A DNA stretch of 40,788 nt. Origin: a virus. A program made the translations under genes and the position numbers. Every line of letters starts with the position of its first letter. The stretch's first letter is position 1. The notes under the pieces are model-generated. The model was given only the letters and a program-made list of their open reading frames with translations, had not been told where the DNA came from and made no database searches. The stretch is from the IMG/VR virus record IMGVR_UViG_3300032086_001604, positions 1-40,788 of that record. One strand, written 5' to 3'. Of this stretch, positions 7,011-18,200 are shown in pieces.

Positions 7011-10000
7011 TCAGTTAGTGTTTTCAGGTTCTGGCCGCGGGGGCACAGGGTTGAGCGACGTGTTGCGCTCTTGGCCAAACAGTCCAGCGATCACGTTGCG
7101 AGGCACCGAGCCTGCCGGCGTGTTCGCTATGCCCAGGGTGCCGTAGTTCAGCAGGTTGCTGATCTGCGATTCAGTGACGTCTTTCTCAGGGTTAGCCAGT
7201 CGGCCGGCGACACTAAGAGTCGACGCCATGCCCATTGCGCTGCTGAGCGCCGGGATTGTCGGGAACCCTCGGCGTATCGCATTTGTGTCGCCAGCCAGCG
7301 CCCCGCCCAGCAAATCGTACGCGATAGACCCAGCGATCATTGGACCGCTCAGTTGCGGCATGTAGGCGATTGTTCCGGCTAGCGTCTTGTCCCATGTGAG
7401 ATATTCTCCGAGGTACTCTTTGCGTTTCTCTTCGGACATCCCGAGGCTGCGCACGTACAGGCGTCCAGTGTAACCAAGGAATGACCCAAGCACGGCACCG
7501 CCAGCCCTTGACATCGCTGCCCCTGGGTCACCGCGTTCGATGAGCGCAAGTGTTGGCACAGCCTGCTTTTCAAACGAGTTGCTGGCGTAGGACATGAACT
7601 GAAAGAGTGTCGAGCCGATACCGCCTTGCATAAAGATCGGCGCGTATCCTCGGCCCGATTGCTGCACAATCGTGTGCGCAAACCGGAACATCGAGTCATC
7701 GACCCGTGCCGCAAGGCTCGCGTACCGTGGACCCAGCGTGTGCCACAGCTCCGGCCGCAGTGTCTCCACGCCGCCAGTCTTCTTGTTCACGATCGCGAAC
7801 TTCTTGATCGCCTCGTAAACGAGGGGCAAGTCTTCCTCGTTAAGTGTCAGGTAGGTTTTGAGCTCGGCAGGGCTGAACTCACGACCCAGACCCTTTGCGC
7901 CTGTCGCACCGACGTAGAGTTTGTCGTAGGCACGTCCGATCGCAACAGAGCGCATCATCATAGTGATCGGCTTGATTAGGTTCAGCCAGCCCATGTACTC
8001 ACGGCGGTGCGTAGAGAGATTGTAGGCCTTCGTGACGATATCACCGCCTTCCTGCAGCATGTTCGTGCTGCCGTAGTCCATACCCATGTACCGCGTAAAC
8101 GAGCCTTCGTTCATCATGCCGATGCGCATCAGGTCGCGGGTGAACTCGCTAGGTGCAGATCCGTCTTTGATCTTACCGACCTGGCGCAAGAAGTTGAGAC
8201 TTCTGTCGAGGGCATGAAGGCGCGTACCGACAGCACCCGTCAGCTGTCCGATCTCTGAGAACTGCGCAAACGACACCATGCCTAGATGCACAGCGGTCGA
8301 GACGTTCCTGAAGATGCCTACAGCCTTGCCGGCCTGAGTGTGTTGCCGCAAGGACGCTCGCATGATTCCGTCGGGGAACTTGAGCATCTGCGCCTTGGCA
8401 AAGTCGATACCCCGACCGTTTGCACTGTGGATTAGGTACAAGAATGCGTCGAGGTCGTCCTGTGCGCGCTTGAGCTTCTTCTCGGAAATGCCGGTGCCTT
8501 CGAGCTTTTTAACCGCTGCCTTTGCTTCCGATGCCAAGTCGTCAACAGTCGCGCCGCCGATCTGGTTGATACCTCGGCGAGCAAGCGCAGACTGGCTGGC
8601 GTACTGGTTGAAGTAGCCCTCCATGATGTTTGTGTAGTTGTTTTGGAGCAGGTCTTCGAAGCTGACGTAGTCGTTGCGCGACATGCGTGCTGCGCCGAGA
8701 GCTGTGCCATAGCTTTGCTGCATGTTCGCCAGCTCTTCAGCTGTGTACCGCTTGCCACCTTCTTTACGCAGGTCGCTCCACTTGACCTTGTGCAGCTCGT
8801 TGAGACGGATGCGTCGGTTGAGCTGACCCATGTCGGTCTCTTTGCGCGAACCTCGGTTGCGATACATAAAGTCCTTGAGGGTGTCGGCAAAGACTTCCAG
8901 GTCATCACCGTCGATGCCTCCGCCCTCAGGGTTCTTGAGAAACTGCTCAATAAACTCATCAGCCATGTCGTTGAGGTGCGCTGCGTCGAGCTCACCAAAG
9001 AACTCTTTGGTCATGCGCGAGTGGATACTCTTCGCCATGCCAAGGCCTAAGCGCTGCGCAAACTTCTTTGCCTCTGCGCGGAGCTCATTCGGGAATGCCG
9101 CAAGCAGCTCTTCAGCTGTCAGTGTGTCGGTCTTTGTGCCTTTCTCAACGACTGTCCCTTTCTTGCCCCGCGCCTGTGATTGTGCCTTGCGCGACTGAGC
9201 AACGCTGTACCACTTAGTCCGCATCTTGCCGCTAGCGAGCTTAGCCGCAATGACCTGAATCAGGTCGTCACTCTGCGCGTCTAGGATAGCGCCGCCAAAC
9301 ATCAGCTTGCCGACGTTCTCGACACCTAGCGTCTCGACGATGAGCGGGAAGTAGATCGGGCTGTAGCCACGGTGCAGGTAGTTTCCTTCGGCTGCTGTGT
9401 CGAGGTACTGGGCACCCCGCACGCGCAGATCCTGCATCGTCTTTGCCAGCTTCTTCATCTGCGGCGAGTGCGCCTGCTGGTACAGGTTTTCGAGCGCTTG
9501 CTGTACACGCGGGTATCCAGCTGCGTCGACCATGCCGCCCAGCAGTTCGTCCATGTCGATGTCGTCTGGGCGCAGGCCACTCGTACGGCGTCGTACATAT
9601 TGCGTCATAACATATTGCGGCACCATGCCGTCACCTAGGCCCGACGCACGCATGGCGTGCTGTGTCTCGTGGATGTGTGGAGCCAGCAGCTGTGCTTCGA
9701 TCTGGCGCAACTTCATAACGTCGAGCTCAAAGTCACCGACGTCCTGTACCTTGCGGCCGATCGTCGTCTGTACGCCACCCAGCGCCTCGGCTGTCTGGCG
9801 AATGATTGGCACGTCGGACGTGTAGATCTTGACCAGCGGGCTGAAGATGCGCCGGATCTGCGTCAACGTCTTGTTACCGCCCAGCGCTACGTTACCGACC
9901 TTTGGGCCACCACGTAGCTCACCGTCGACAATCTCAACAGCTTGCTTCCGGCGCACGTTGTCGGTCGCGGCCTGTACTACGTCGACCGTCTCGGAGAACG

Positions 10001-10784
10001 CCTGCTGTTCAGGTGTGATCGACTTGGGCGGAATGTAGCCTCGGTTGAGTACCTTGTTGAAACTACCGCCGACGACAGCTGCAAGGGCTAGGTTCGCGAC
10101 ACTGAACTCGCGCTGACCGGAGCTGTCGATTGCGATTGCGCTACCTTGTAGCCCAGCGTCGACTGCGCCCTCAACTGCGCCACCAAACAGAAACGGCCGC
10201 GTTGCCGCAAACCGCTGCACTTGGTTGACAGTCTGACCTGCCCGCATCGCTGCAGCTGCGCGGGCTGACGTCGCTGCAACCCCGGCGCCGGCAACGAGGT
10301 AGGTCGCCAGTGATGCTGGGTCGAGGATAGCTGCCGCGACGTTGGCACCTGGGCCGACACGCGACATCTCTTCAGCTTCACGGCCGTACCGCTCAGCCAG
10401 TATCTCAACCATCTCATAGCGGCGGTCACCGTCTCCCGGCATCAGCTCAGCTGCTCGGTGCAGCCTGTCGGTCATTGCACCTGGCGGTACGTTGTAGCGC
10501 AGCGCCATCTCGTCAACGACTGAGCCGTCATACGGGCGGCTGACGTTGAATACGTTGTCAACTAAGCGGCGTGTGTTGAAGGTGCCCTCAACGCTCTGCT
10601 GATCCATCTCATCTTGTGTTGCAACTGGCACGTTGCGCGGCTGGAACAGCTGGCCTGCATTACGCCCGATGTCTCCCGTAAAGCCGTAGAAAAGGCCAAC
10701 ACCTGTGCCGCGCACAAAGTTGTAACGGTTGTCGGGCTCACTGATGATCTGCTCGTCGGCTACGGAGTTTACGACATCAACCAC
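7011..10784 (-). CDS. Internal virion (ejection) protein, gp16-position, 1257 aa
   Basis: GTG start with GGAGGTG 5 nt upstream. The large size and position just before the tail fibre match T7 gp16. Confidence 0.7.
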   Translation of the reverse strand: MVDVVNSVADEQIISEPDNRYNFVRGTGVGLFYGFTGDIGRNAGQLFQPRNVPVATQDEMDQQSVEGTFNTRRLVDNVFNVSRPYDGSVVDEMALRYNVPPGAMTDRLHRAAELMPGDGDRRYEMVEILAERYGREAEEMSRVGPGANVAAAILDPASLATYLVAGAGVAATSARAAAAMRAGQTVNQVQRFAATRPFLFGGAVEGAVDAGLQGSAIAIDSSGQREFSVANLALAAVVGGSFNKVLNRGYIPPKSITPEQQAFSETVDVVQAATDNVRRKQAVEIVDGELRGGPKVGNVALGGNKTLTQIRRIFSPLVKIYTSDVPIIRQTAEALGGVQTTIGRKVQDVGDFELDVMKLRQIEAQLLAPHIHETQHAMRASGLGDGMVPQYVMTQYVRRRTSGLRPDDIDMDELLGGMVDAAGYPRVQQALENLYQQAHSPQMKKLAKTMQDLRVRGAQYLDTAAEGNYLHRGYSPIYFPLIVETLGVENVGKLMFGGAILDAQSDDLIQVIAAKLASGKMRTKWYSVAQSRKAQSQARGKKGTVVEKGTKTDTLTAEELLAAFPNELRAEAKKFAQRLGLGMAKSIHSRMTKEFFGELDAAHLNDMADEFIEQFLKNPEGGGIDGDDLEVFADTLKDFMYRNRGSRKETDMGQLNRRIRLNELHKVKWSDLRKEGGKRYTAEELANMQQSYGTALGAARMSRNDYVSFEDLLQNNYTNIMEGYFNQYASQSALARRGINQIGGATVDDLASEAKAAVKKLEGTGISEKKLKRAQDDLDAFLYLIHSANGRGIDFAKAQMLKFPDGIMRASLRQHTQAGKAVGIFRNVSTAVHLGMVSFAQFSEIGQLTGAVGTRLHALDRSLNFLRQVGKIKDGSAPSEFTRDLMRIGMMNEGSFTRYMGMDYGSTNMLQEGGDIVTKAYNLSTHRREYMGWLNLIKPITMMMRSVAIGRAYDKLYVGATGAKGLGREFSPAELKTYLTLNEEDLPLVYEAIKKFAIVNKKTGGVETLRPELWHTLGPRYASLAARVDDSMFRFAHTIVQQSGRGYAPIFMQGGIGSTLFQFMSYASNSFEKQAVPTLALIERGDPGAAMSRAGGAVLGSFLGYTGRLYVRSLGMSEEKRKEYLGEYLTWDKTLAGTIAYMPQLSGPMIAGSIAYDLLGGALAGDTNAIRRGFPTIPALSSAMGMASTLSVAGRLANPEKDVTESQISNLLNYGTLGIANTPAGSVPRNVIAGLFGQERNTSLNPVPPRPEPENTN

Positions 10785-13700
10785 TTATTCACCTCCCAGT
10801 AGAGTCAGGACTTCGTCGCGCTCACCCATTCGGTACGCAGCCACAAGCGTGTCCCAACTGAAGTGTGTACTGTTCAGGTCTGTCGAGCCGACCGGGCTAT
10901 AGCCCACAGCGCCGTTGATCACGAGCTCGATGCTGGTCGCATTGCTGTACTTATCTGCGTACGGCAGCATGTAGGCGATGTTGCCGTGATCGGGCCCCAG
11001 GTTGCGCCCGTCAGTCGGGATTGCAAGAAACTCTTCAGGACTGACGTTGAAGTCCTGTGACGTCCCGTCAGCAAACGTAGCGACAACAGTCAGTGACCCC
11101 CGCGTGTTACGGATGTCGTAGGTCTGAGCACCAAGGCCATCGAGCACAAAGTGTGTCGTCTGACCCTCTTTCGACGTATCGAACTCACGCGCAAATGTAG
11201 CAGGGGTCATCGGGATCGGGCCGCTGGGTGTTGTCCTGCGGTCAGCCAATGCAGCAAGTCCTCGTGGACTATCGAACAGCAGCCTGTCTTTGTCGCGGCG
11301 GTGCATGTTGATGCCGTCAGCGTTCGCTGTGAACTCAATGTAGGACATCCGCTGCTCAGAGTTGTTGAGTGTCACACCAGACTGATTGGCAACCTGCAGT
11401 CCCAGCTCTGTTGCAAGACGCGCTACCTCTTTGAAATCACGGTCGCTGAGTCCGTAACGGCTTTGCACGAGCTCTTTGTTCGCAGTGCTGCCTAGTACGT
11501 TGACCTGTGCGCCACTGGTCATGCCGAGGATTGGCATACTACTGAGCACGCCACCTTCGCCTTGGAAGCTGTACAGTTTGTTAGTGCCGGCCTTCTTCGT
11601 CAGTCTGTCAACCTGCTCCTGTACCTTCACTGGGTCAGGGTTCGCGATCAGCCGCTTCAGATTATTAGCAATCAGCTGCAGTGCTTCGAAACGGTTGTCG
11701 TTTGCGCCCACATATCCGAATGCGTCTGCGATTTGATTGATCTGATCTTCTTGGATGATGTCTTGCTCTACAATAGCGCGGCCAAAGTCACGGAAGTTGT
11801 CAGCAAAGTTTCCGGGCATCATCGACATAATCTGCAGCCCAGGATCGCCGGCGAAGTCCACGTATGGGTTCCCGGTCTCCCGGCTCGCGGCAACAATCGC
11901 TGTCACTGTCTCAATGGTATCAGTGTCGACAACACCGCCTTGGCCACTGATGACTTCGTTTACTAGGCCAGCCATCAAGCCAGCGCCGTAGCCATTGCGC
12001 GCAGCGGCAGCTAAGCCATCGCGCAGCGCCATACGGCCCATTTGTCCGTCACCTGTTTGGATCTGCTCAACAGCCGGCAGCAGTGTACTGCGGATCGCCG
12101 CAGCCTGCTTGCTAGTGACTTGTTCGTTTTGGTCGCTTTGGTTGTAGAAGACCTCGCGCTGCTGTACCTCGCCATTGTTGTAAATGTACTCGACACCAGT
12201 GCCAGTGACCGGCGTGCCAGGGTCAGCAAGGTATGCATCCTGCGCTTCGTTGAGCCGTCCGGTCGTGCGCGTCTGCAGGTCGATGTACTGGCCTTGTTCG
12301 ACCGGGTCCATCTGATTGAATACCGCGTTCATGCGCTGCTCAAACAGCTTGTAGTTGGCAAAGTATGTAGCTGAGTCTGTCGCGCCGTCAGGGATCTGCT
12401 TGAGGGTATTGTTGAACATCTTGATGATGTCGCCAAAGCCAGCACCACTGGCATCCTTGTCTTTTACTAGGCCGGCTACTTTGTCCTGTACGTCTGGGCT
12501 AGCATTGTCGAATGCACCGTGCTGATACAGCGCGTTCATCAGCGCCGTGACGTTGGCAGCTGCCTCGATGTTGTCGTTAGTTGCGCCTTGGGCCGCAGCC
12601 TTGCCTTGCGCCAAGTCAACCTGATCGACAAACGAAGTAAGTACCTCATCCATGCCCAAGCCACTGCGCGCGACTTGTTCTTCGAAGACCTCTGCGACCT
12701 CTGCGTCGGTCATTGTCGTCGGGTTCAGTGGACCCCCGCTGCCCATCTTGGCCGCGTCGAGTGTGTACTGGATGACGTTTGCGAACGCAGTGTCACGTTG
12801 CAGCGACTGGGTCGCCTCGCCGTAGCGCTTGAGTGCTGTCTTGATCGGACTTGAGTCAGAGATGTAGTCGCTGGTGTTTGCCTGCGCGATGATGTCGTTT
12901 GCGTGGCCGTTGGCGACACCAGAGTTTGCCAGCTCGCTGGCGACAAATTCGTGCAGCTGTCCGCTATCGACAAGTGCCATGAGCTCCTGCTCACTCATCT
13001 GCTCAATACGGTCAGTCAGCTGCTGCGCGGTGATCTGTCGATCTTGTTCATAGTCCTGTACGAGAACTTGGCGCCGTGCGCCCTCAGTCAGGATCTTTGC
13101 GCGCTCGAGTGCGTAGGCGTTGTCGCGAGCCTGTGCCTCCAGCACTTTACGCCGGCCTTCTTCGTTGATGCCGTAGTCAGCCGCAAGCTGGTTGATAGCC
13201 GACATCCGGCGCGCATTCATGTCGTTGATGTACTGTACGCTATCAGCCGCGCCATACTCTTTGATGTCTTGCGCTGGGTCTCTGTCGAACAGCGCGGGGA
13301 TCCACGCATACGGCGTGCCACCTTTCTTGCCCCAGTAGTTCCCGCCGCCGTCACCTGTGCCGACAATGTCGACGTGCAGCGCGGTGCCGCCCATGTACCC
13401 GTCGCCACCTCCGATGCCGCGAGCACCAAGGCTGCGTGCGACGTGCGCGAAGTCGACAGCGCGTTGGTCGCTACCGTCAACCGGGATCATCCTGCCGGTG
13501 GCTGTGTCGTAGAGCCGGAGGTCTGCAGCACGGCCGTGGTCGTGTCGTGTCGTGCCAGTACGAGCACCGCCTTCACCTGCAGCCTCTTGGCCACCGCTGA
13601 AGACACGGACCTCGACACCGACCTGTGACGCAGCGGACGACAGGATATCGTAGAGCTGGTCATCGAGTGGGTCGTTGCGGATGGCGCCTTCGTTGGCCAT

Positions 13701-14135
13701 CGTGACCTTGCCCATGCCCGTCCCGCTGAACACGCTCGTGCCGAGGATAGGCAGGCCCTGCTCGAGGCGCAGGAGGTCAAGCTCCATCTGGTTGCGGTAG
13801 TTTTCTTGCGTCGCTTTCAGTGCGTCGTTGAAGTTGTTGTAGTTCTCGCGAGCCTGTCTAGTAATCAGGTCTTGCTCCATCTTGTACAGACGGAAGGCAT
13901 TCTCTTCCTGCTTCAGCTGGAGGTTCTGCTCCATGCGCATCATCTGCAGCTGATTTTGACGGCCCTGTAGTGCCGTGTTCGACAGCTCGCGGATAGGACC
14001 ACGAAGCGCACCAATAGCACCGGCTAGCTTCTCCAGGGCACGGCTCTCGGTGTTGTCGAGCAGCGGCCGGTAGTAGCTATCGCGCATGGCAACAGGTGCT
14101 GCATTAGGGCGTACCGGCTTAATGTACTCAACCAT
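10785..14135 (-). CDS. Internal virion protein, gp15-position, with M15-type zinc peptidase-like domain, 1116 aa
   Basis: ATG start overlapping the preceding gene. Residues ~150-285 contain TRHDHGRAADLRLYD and GIGGGDGYMGGTALHVDIV (the H..G.A.D plus G.G.Y...H.D pattern of the M15_3 / D-Ala-D-Ala carboxypeptidase fold). Confidence 0.7.
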   Translation of the reverse strand: MVEYIKPVRPNAAPVAMRDSYYRPLLDNTESRALEKLAGAIGALRGPIRELSNTALQGRQNQLQMMRMEQNLQLKQEENAFRLYKMEQDLITRQARENYNNFNDALKATQENYRNQMELDLLRLEQGLPILGTSVFSGTGMGKVTMANEGAIRNDPLDDQLYDILSSAASQVGVEVRVFSGGQEAAGEGGARTGTTRHDHGRAADLRLYDTATGRMIPVDGSDQRAVDFAHVARSLGARGIGGGDGYMGGTALHVDIVGTGDGGGNYWGKKGGTPYAWIPALFDRDPAQDIKEYGAADSVQYINDMNARRMSAINQLAADYGINEEGRRKVLEAQARDNAYALERAKILTEGARRQVLVQDYEQDRQITAQQLTDRIEQMSEQELMALVDSGQLHEFVASELANSGVANGHANDIIAQANTSDYISDSSPIKTALKRYGEATQSLQRDTAFANVIQYTLDAAKMGSGGPLNPTTMTDAEVAEVFEEQVARSGLGMDEVLTSFVDQVDLAQGKAAAQGATNDNIEAAANVTALMNALYQHGAFDNASPDVQDKVAGLVKDKDASGAGFGDIIKMFNNTLKQIPDGATDSATYFANYKLFEQRMNAVFNQMDPVEQGQYIDLQTRTTGRLNEAQDAYLADPGTPVTGTGVEYIYNNGEVQQREVFYNQSDQNEQVTSKQAAAIRSTLLPAVEQIQTGDGQMGRMALRDGLAAAARNGYGAGLMAGLVNEVISGQGGVVDTDTIETVTAIVAASRETGNPYVDFAGDPGLQIMSMMPGNFADNFRDFGRAIVEQDIIQEDQINQIADAFGYVGANDNRFEALQLIANNLKRLIANPDPVKVQEQVDRLTKKAGTNKLYSFQGEGGVLSSMPILGMTSGAQVNVLGSTANKELVQSRYGLSDRDFKEVARLATELGLQVANQSGVTLNNSEQRMSYIEFTANADGINMHRRDKDRLLFDSPRGLAALADRRTTPSGPIPMTPATFAREFDTSKEGQTTHFVLDGLGAQTYDIRNTRGSLTVVATFADGTSQDFNVSPEEFLAIPTDGRNLGPDHGNIAYMLPYADKYSNATSIELVINGAVGYSPVGSTDLNSTHFSWDTLVAAYRMGERDEVLTLLGGE

Positions 14136-14805
14136 TATAGTAGCCCCCCATCACGTAGCTATTTTTTGCATCGTAGAAACTGCGCTCCTGTCCAAGGAAC
14201 TGCCGGTCCATGTCGAAGCTACGCTGCTGGTAGCTCATCTGCGCTGAGATCATCTGATTGCTTTGCATCGTCTTAGTGAACTGACTGAACGAGCTGATGA
14301 TCCCGCCCAGCGCTGTCAGGTTCGCAGCTGCAATCTCAGCTTGGCTGACCTTGCCCTGCGCTACGCTGTTCACACGAGCGACGTACTGGTCACCGGCTGC
14401 GAGCTTAGAGTCTTGGCCAAACTCGAGCAGCATGGTGCGCCGGTGCGCAAGGCGACCGAGGTTCCGGTTGCTGACTTGGCTGATGGCGCCGTACGTGTCG
14501 TCAACGCTCTGACCCGTGCGCCCAACAGAGGCATTGAGTGCTCGCGTCTGTGCCATTACATCGCGTGCTTGCATGGTCTGATCGAACGCAGCCATCTGCG
14601 TCTCACGCACTTGCTCGACAGTTTGTTTGTCGATCTGCTCTTGCTGCAGGTTGTAACTGTTGAGAGCGAGCTTTTTGTTGAGCAGGTACTGCTCCTGCTG
14701 TTCACGGGCGCGTTCGTAGATTGCCTGCTTCTGTACGTTCGCTTGGGCAATCGACAGACCCGCGTTCAGGACGGGACCGATGAGGCCCATCGCGGCTGTA
14801 CACAT
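14128..14805 (-). CDS. Internal virion protein, gp14-position (225 aa)
   Basis: ATG directly after the upstream stop. Gln/Ala-rich coiled-coil-like sequence. Size and position match T7 gp14. Confidence 0.6.
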   Translation of the reverse strand: MCTAAMGLIGPVLNAGLSIAQANVQKQAIYERAREQQEQYLLNKKLALNSYNLQQEQIDKQTVEQVRETQMAAFDQTMQARDVMAQTRALNASVGRTGQSVDDTYGAISQVSNRNLGRLAHRRTMLLEFGQDSKLAAGDQYVARVNSVAQGKVSQAEIAAANLTALGGIISSFSQFTKTMQSNQMISAQMSYQQRSFDMDRQFLGQERSFYDAKNSYVMGGYYNG

Positions 14806-15273
14806 CTAGTCTCTCCTGATGGTAAATTCGAAAAAGTCGTAGCCGTTGAGGCTGATGGGGTTAGGAGCAAACGACGCGCCCACCCACTTGAGCCATTGCT
14901 GGTGGACGTCGTTCTCGGCATCAACGACATTCCAGAAGACGTCGACCTCTGCCTTGTCGAACATCAGCGCCAAGACGGACTTTGCCTGTCTCAGGAACTG
15001 AATAGGTTTCTCAGTGATGCGATCGGTTCCGACGAGCCAAGGGATTCCGAGCCCCACAGAACCAGAAGGCGCGACCCCGGCAACTGCCACAGGCGTCGTG
15101 CCAGACTCCAAGCCGACCAGTGTAAACCAAGAACTGTCAGCAGACTCGACCACTGCTCGTATAGCGTCGTCACTGTTAGTGACACGACATGCCTCACGTC
15201 TGTCTGCCTCTCGTAAATTGTTTGCCACGTATTCAACGTGGTGACGGTCAGCCATCGTCACCGTGATCGTCAC
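14806..15273 (-). CDS. Internal virion protein A-like, gp13-position (155 aa; alternative ATG at 15255)
   Basis: GTG start at 15273 with GAGGGGG 8 nt upstream. Follows tail tubular B as gp13 does in T7. Confidence 0.55.
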   Translation of the reverse strand: MTITVTMADRHHVEYVANNLREADRREACRVTNSDDAIRAVVESADSSWFTLVGLESGTTPVAVAGVAPSGSVGLGIPWLVGTDRITEKPIQFLRQAKSVLALMFDKAEVDVFWNVVDAENDVHQQWLKWVGASFAPNPISLNGYDFFEFTIRRD

Positions 15274-15277
15274 CCCG

Positions 15278-18200
15278 TCACCCCCTCAGTGTCTTGGGTG
15301 AGACGAAGCCTTCCCATTCGATTGTCGTCAGTGTCGAAGGGTAGGGCTGTGAGTTTTTGAACAGGATGTCGACGCGGTCATTCTTCGCCATGATCGGGAA
15401 CCGGAAGGCTCCTGTGTCGAACGACAAGACACCCAGCTGATCCTCACTGTCGCCGAAGGTCAGGCTGTTGAACTGACGCAGGCGTGTCTCGCGGCCACTA
15501 GGTGTGATCTCGACGGCAAAACCAGCTGTGTCGTCATACGTCACAGTGGCGTAGCGCAGCTGCAGCCGGCTATCGTTTCTGCCGACAGTCGTCTGTCCTG
15601 GCTTGTAGTAGATAGGAGACAGCTCAAAGCGGAAGTCGTAGGTAATGCCGACCGTGAACTCTGGCTGATCGGTCAGGTCCAGCGTCTGTGTAAGGGCATT
15701 GGTTTGCTCGTAGTCATGGCGCCCGAAGACCGTCAGGTAAGTGTTCTTAGCTGTCGTGTCGAGGATTGCGTTGATGGCGTCGGCTGTGGCTTGCGAAGGA
15801 GCTGCCACGAATGCACCCGTCCGTGTCGTCAGCTCAGCGACCGTGCCGCCAGCCAGCGGATTCAGCTTCAGGTTACTCGCTGCAATGAACGGCATCGAGG
15901 TGCCGTAGTCGTCTGCGCTCGATCGCAGCGCGACAAGCTTGGTCGAGGTCGTGCGATAAGGAAGCTCGATGGTCGTGCTGTCGGTGCCCAGCGGCAGACC
16001 AGTGATCGCAGCGTTCGTCTCGTCAGTCCGCAGTCCAACAATGCTATCGCACTGGGAGCGCGACACACGCATGTCGAGCAGAATCGGGAACGCGGTGGCA
16101 GACACGCTGGTGATCTCTTCAATCTTTGTGCGTACGATGTACGTTCGCGTACTCAATGTACCATACGTTGGGGCCGTTGCACCAGCTGCAAGCTCCAGAG
16201 AGCCGACGTAGTCTGGTGTCGTCACGCTGATGAGCTGCACCAAGTAGTCATCGATAAAGCTGAATCCGAGGATCTTAGTGTCTGTCCCGTAAGACCACTT
16301 AGACCAAGCGCTCTGCAGCCGCTGCCCCTCGTTCTTATAATACTTATACACGTAGATGCTGTTTTGCTCGTTCGACGAGGCCATGCACAGCAGCTCTTTC
16401 TTGGTCGAAACTGCCATCTCAAACACACCGTTCGGTACATAACGCGGTGCCTGTCCGGTCACCTCGTTAGTCTCGATGATGTCGGTGTCGTATTCGGCCA
16501 CCATCTCGCGGACGGTGGTGAAGTTAAGGTTGTCCTGCGCGAAATAGATTGTGTTGCCGGCGTTGATCGGCTGCACAGTTGGCGACACTGCAAACGCGGT
16601 CGACTGCTGAATCGATACCGTGTTCGGTGACAGCGCTGTACCCGACACCAGCTTAAACTGTGCCCGGTCTGACATCACCATTAGCGTATCGGCGAAGCTG
16701 ACTGCGTTCTTCAGGATGTCGATCCGGCCAGTGGACATTCCGATGTCGATCCGGTCGTCATCGAGGAGTTGGATGACTGTCTTCCTAAAGAAGTTAGCAG
16801 TGGTGCCAAACTCATTAGCACCCGACATGATGACGTTCTCGTCACTGAGAAAACCGAGCCGGCCTTTGTAGACGAATATGTCATTTATGGTATTGCCGAT
16901 GAAGCTCGGGACGCGGTTGGACTCCTCGTCACCTACGACACGCGCTGCGTACTGGTGCGGTCCTACTTCAAAGTACGGTGTGCCATCGTTACGGAACTTA
17001 CGGCGGATCGTGTGAGGCATTGTGTCGTCATTGATCACGTAGGGCACTGCGTAGGTCTCGACGTATTCACCGTCAATGCCAATCACGTAGTATGTACCGT
17101 CACCTTCACCTACGCCCCCGACGCTGATCACGCGACCGTTTGCTGCCTCGGGCGGAAGATCTTCAAAGGCCGTGACGGTGCCAGCTGCATTCTTCGTGAG
17201 ACTGAAGCCAGCACCGTCAGCGACAAGGATGCGCAGTTCTTCGTCTGTCACACCCACGGTGTAGTTAGCGCCGTCGTGCGCAATCTGTACTAGGTCGTTC
17301 ATAAGGTCGATCGACGCGGTCGGCCAAGTAGTGTTTGCCGGGGCTCCGCTCCAGTAGAGTGAACCGAAACCTGGCTGTGTTGCTGTATAGGTGGTGTATG
17401 GCAGATAGAGATCAGCAGTGTTATCAGTCCGGCTGACGGTAATTGCTCGATACCCTCCAGCGCCGTTTGTGATTTCGACCTCGCCGCTGCTATTGACTTT
17501 CAAGTCGTTTACGATGGTCCGTGTCTGACCAGCGACCGTGCTTTGGAACCCTGCATAGGACTTCTCGTCGGGACGCACAACGCGAAAAGTCGTTGTTGAG
17601 CCACTGGAGGATATGTCACTGATGCCGTAGTAAGGGCCTACAAAGCACTGCCGCAGATCATCGTCAGTCATGTATCCATCAGTGGTGGTAGGCACTGTTG
17701 ACTGAGTGTGCCAGACTGCTGCTAAGTTGTTATACGACTGGCCCGGTACGAGGACAGAGGGGCCATAGTCACCAATGAAGTCACCTTGTGTCGCGCCGCT
17801 GCTAAAAAACGGGTACTTCGCGGCGTCCGAATCAAATTTACTGACTTCGTAGCGGCGTAAATAATTGTACGTCACTGCATCGCGCAGCTCGTAGCTAAGA
17901 CTATTCGGTAGCGCAGCGAACTCCGCCTGCATGAATTTCGACACAACCTCGTCTGTCGACGCAGTAGACGTAGCGCTGACCTGCTTCGCCAGCCCCATGA
18001 ACTGATTTGCTTTGTTCTGGAACCCAATGGTGAAGTCACCCGTGCTCGCTGTCTTACCTTGGCTAAAGTAAAGCGTCCGATAGCCTGCCGACCCAGACGT
18101 TGCGATACTGTCGTCAACCTTACGACCACCTTTCGAGCCACCGCGATCCGTGTCGAACTCTAGCTGAGGAAAGGCTGCGAAGTGATAGCTAGCAAAGTTA

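Noticed and set aside
15270-15298. GACACTGAGGGGGTGACGGGG at the gp12/gp13 junction, resembling the 368-390 promoter-like sequence (GACACTATAAGGGGGACGGGG)
   Set aside because: It lacks the TATA part of the core. The G-runs coincide with the gp12 stop codon and the RBS of the next gene, so the similarity is explained by coding/RBS constraints. It is noted only as a weak possibility.
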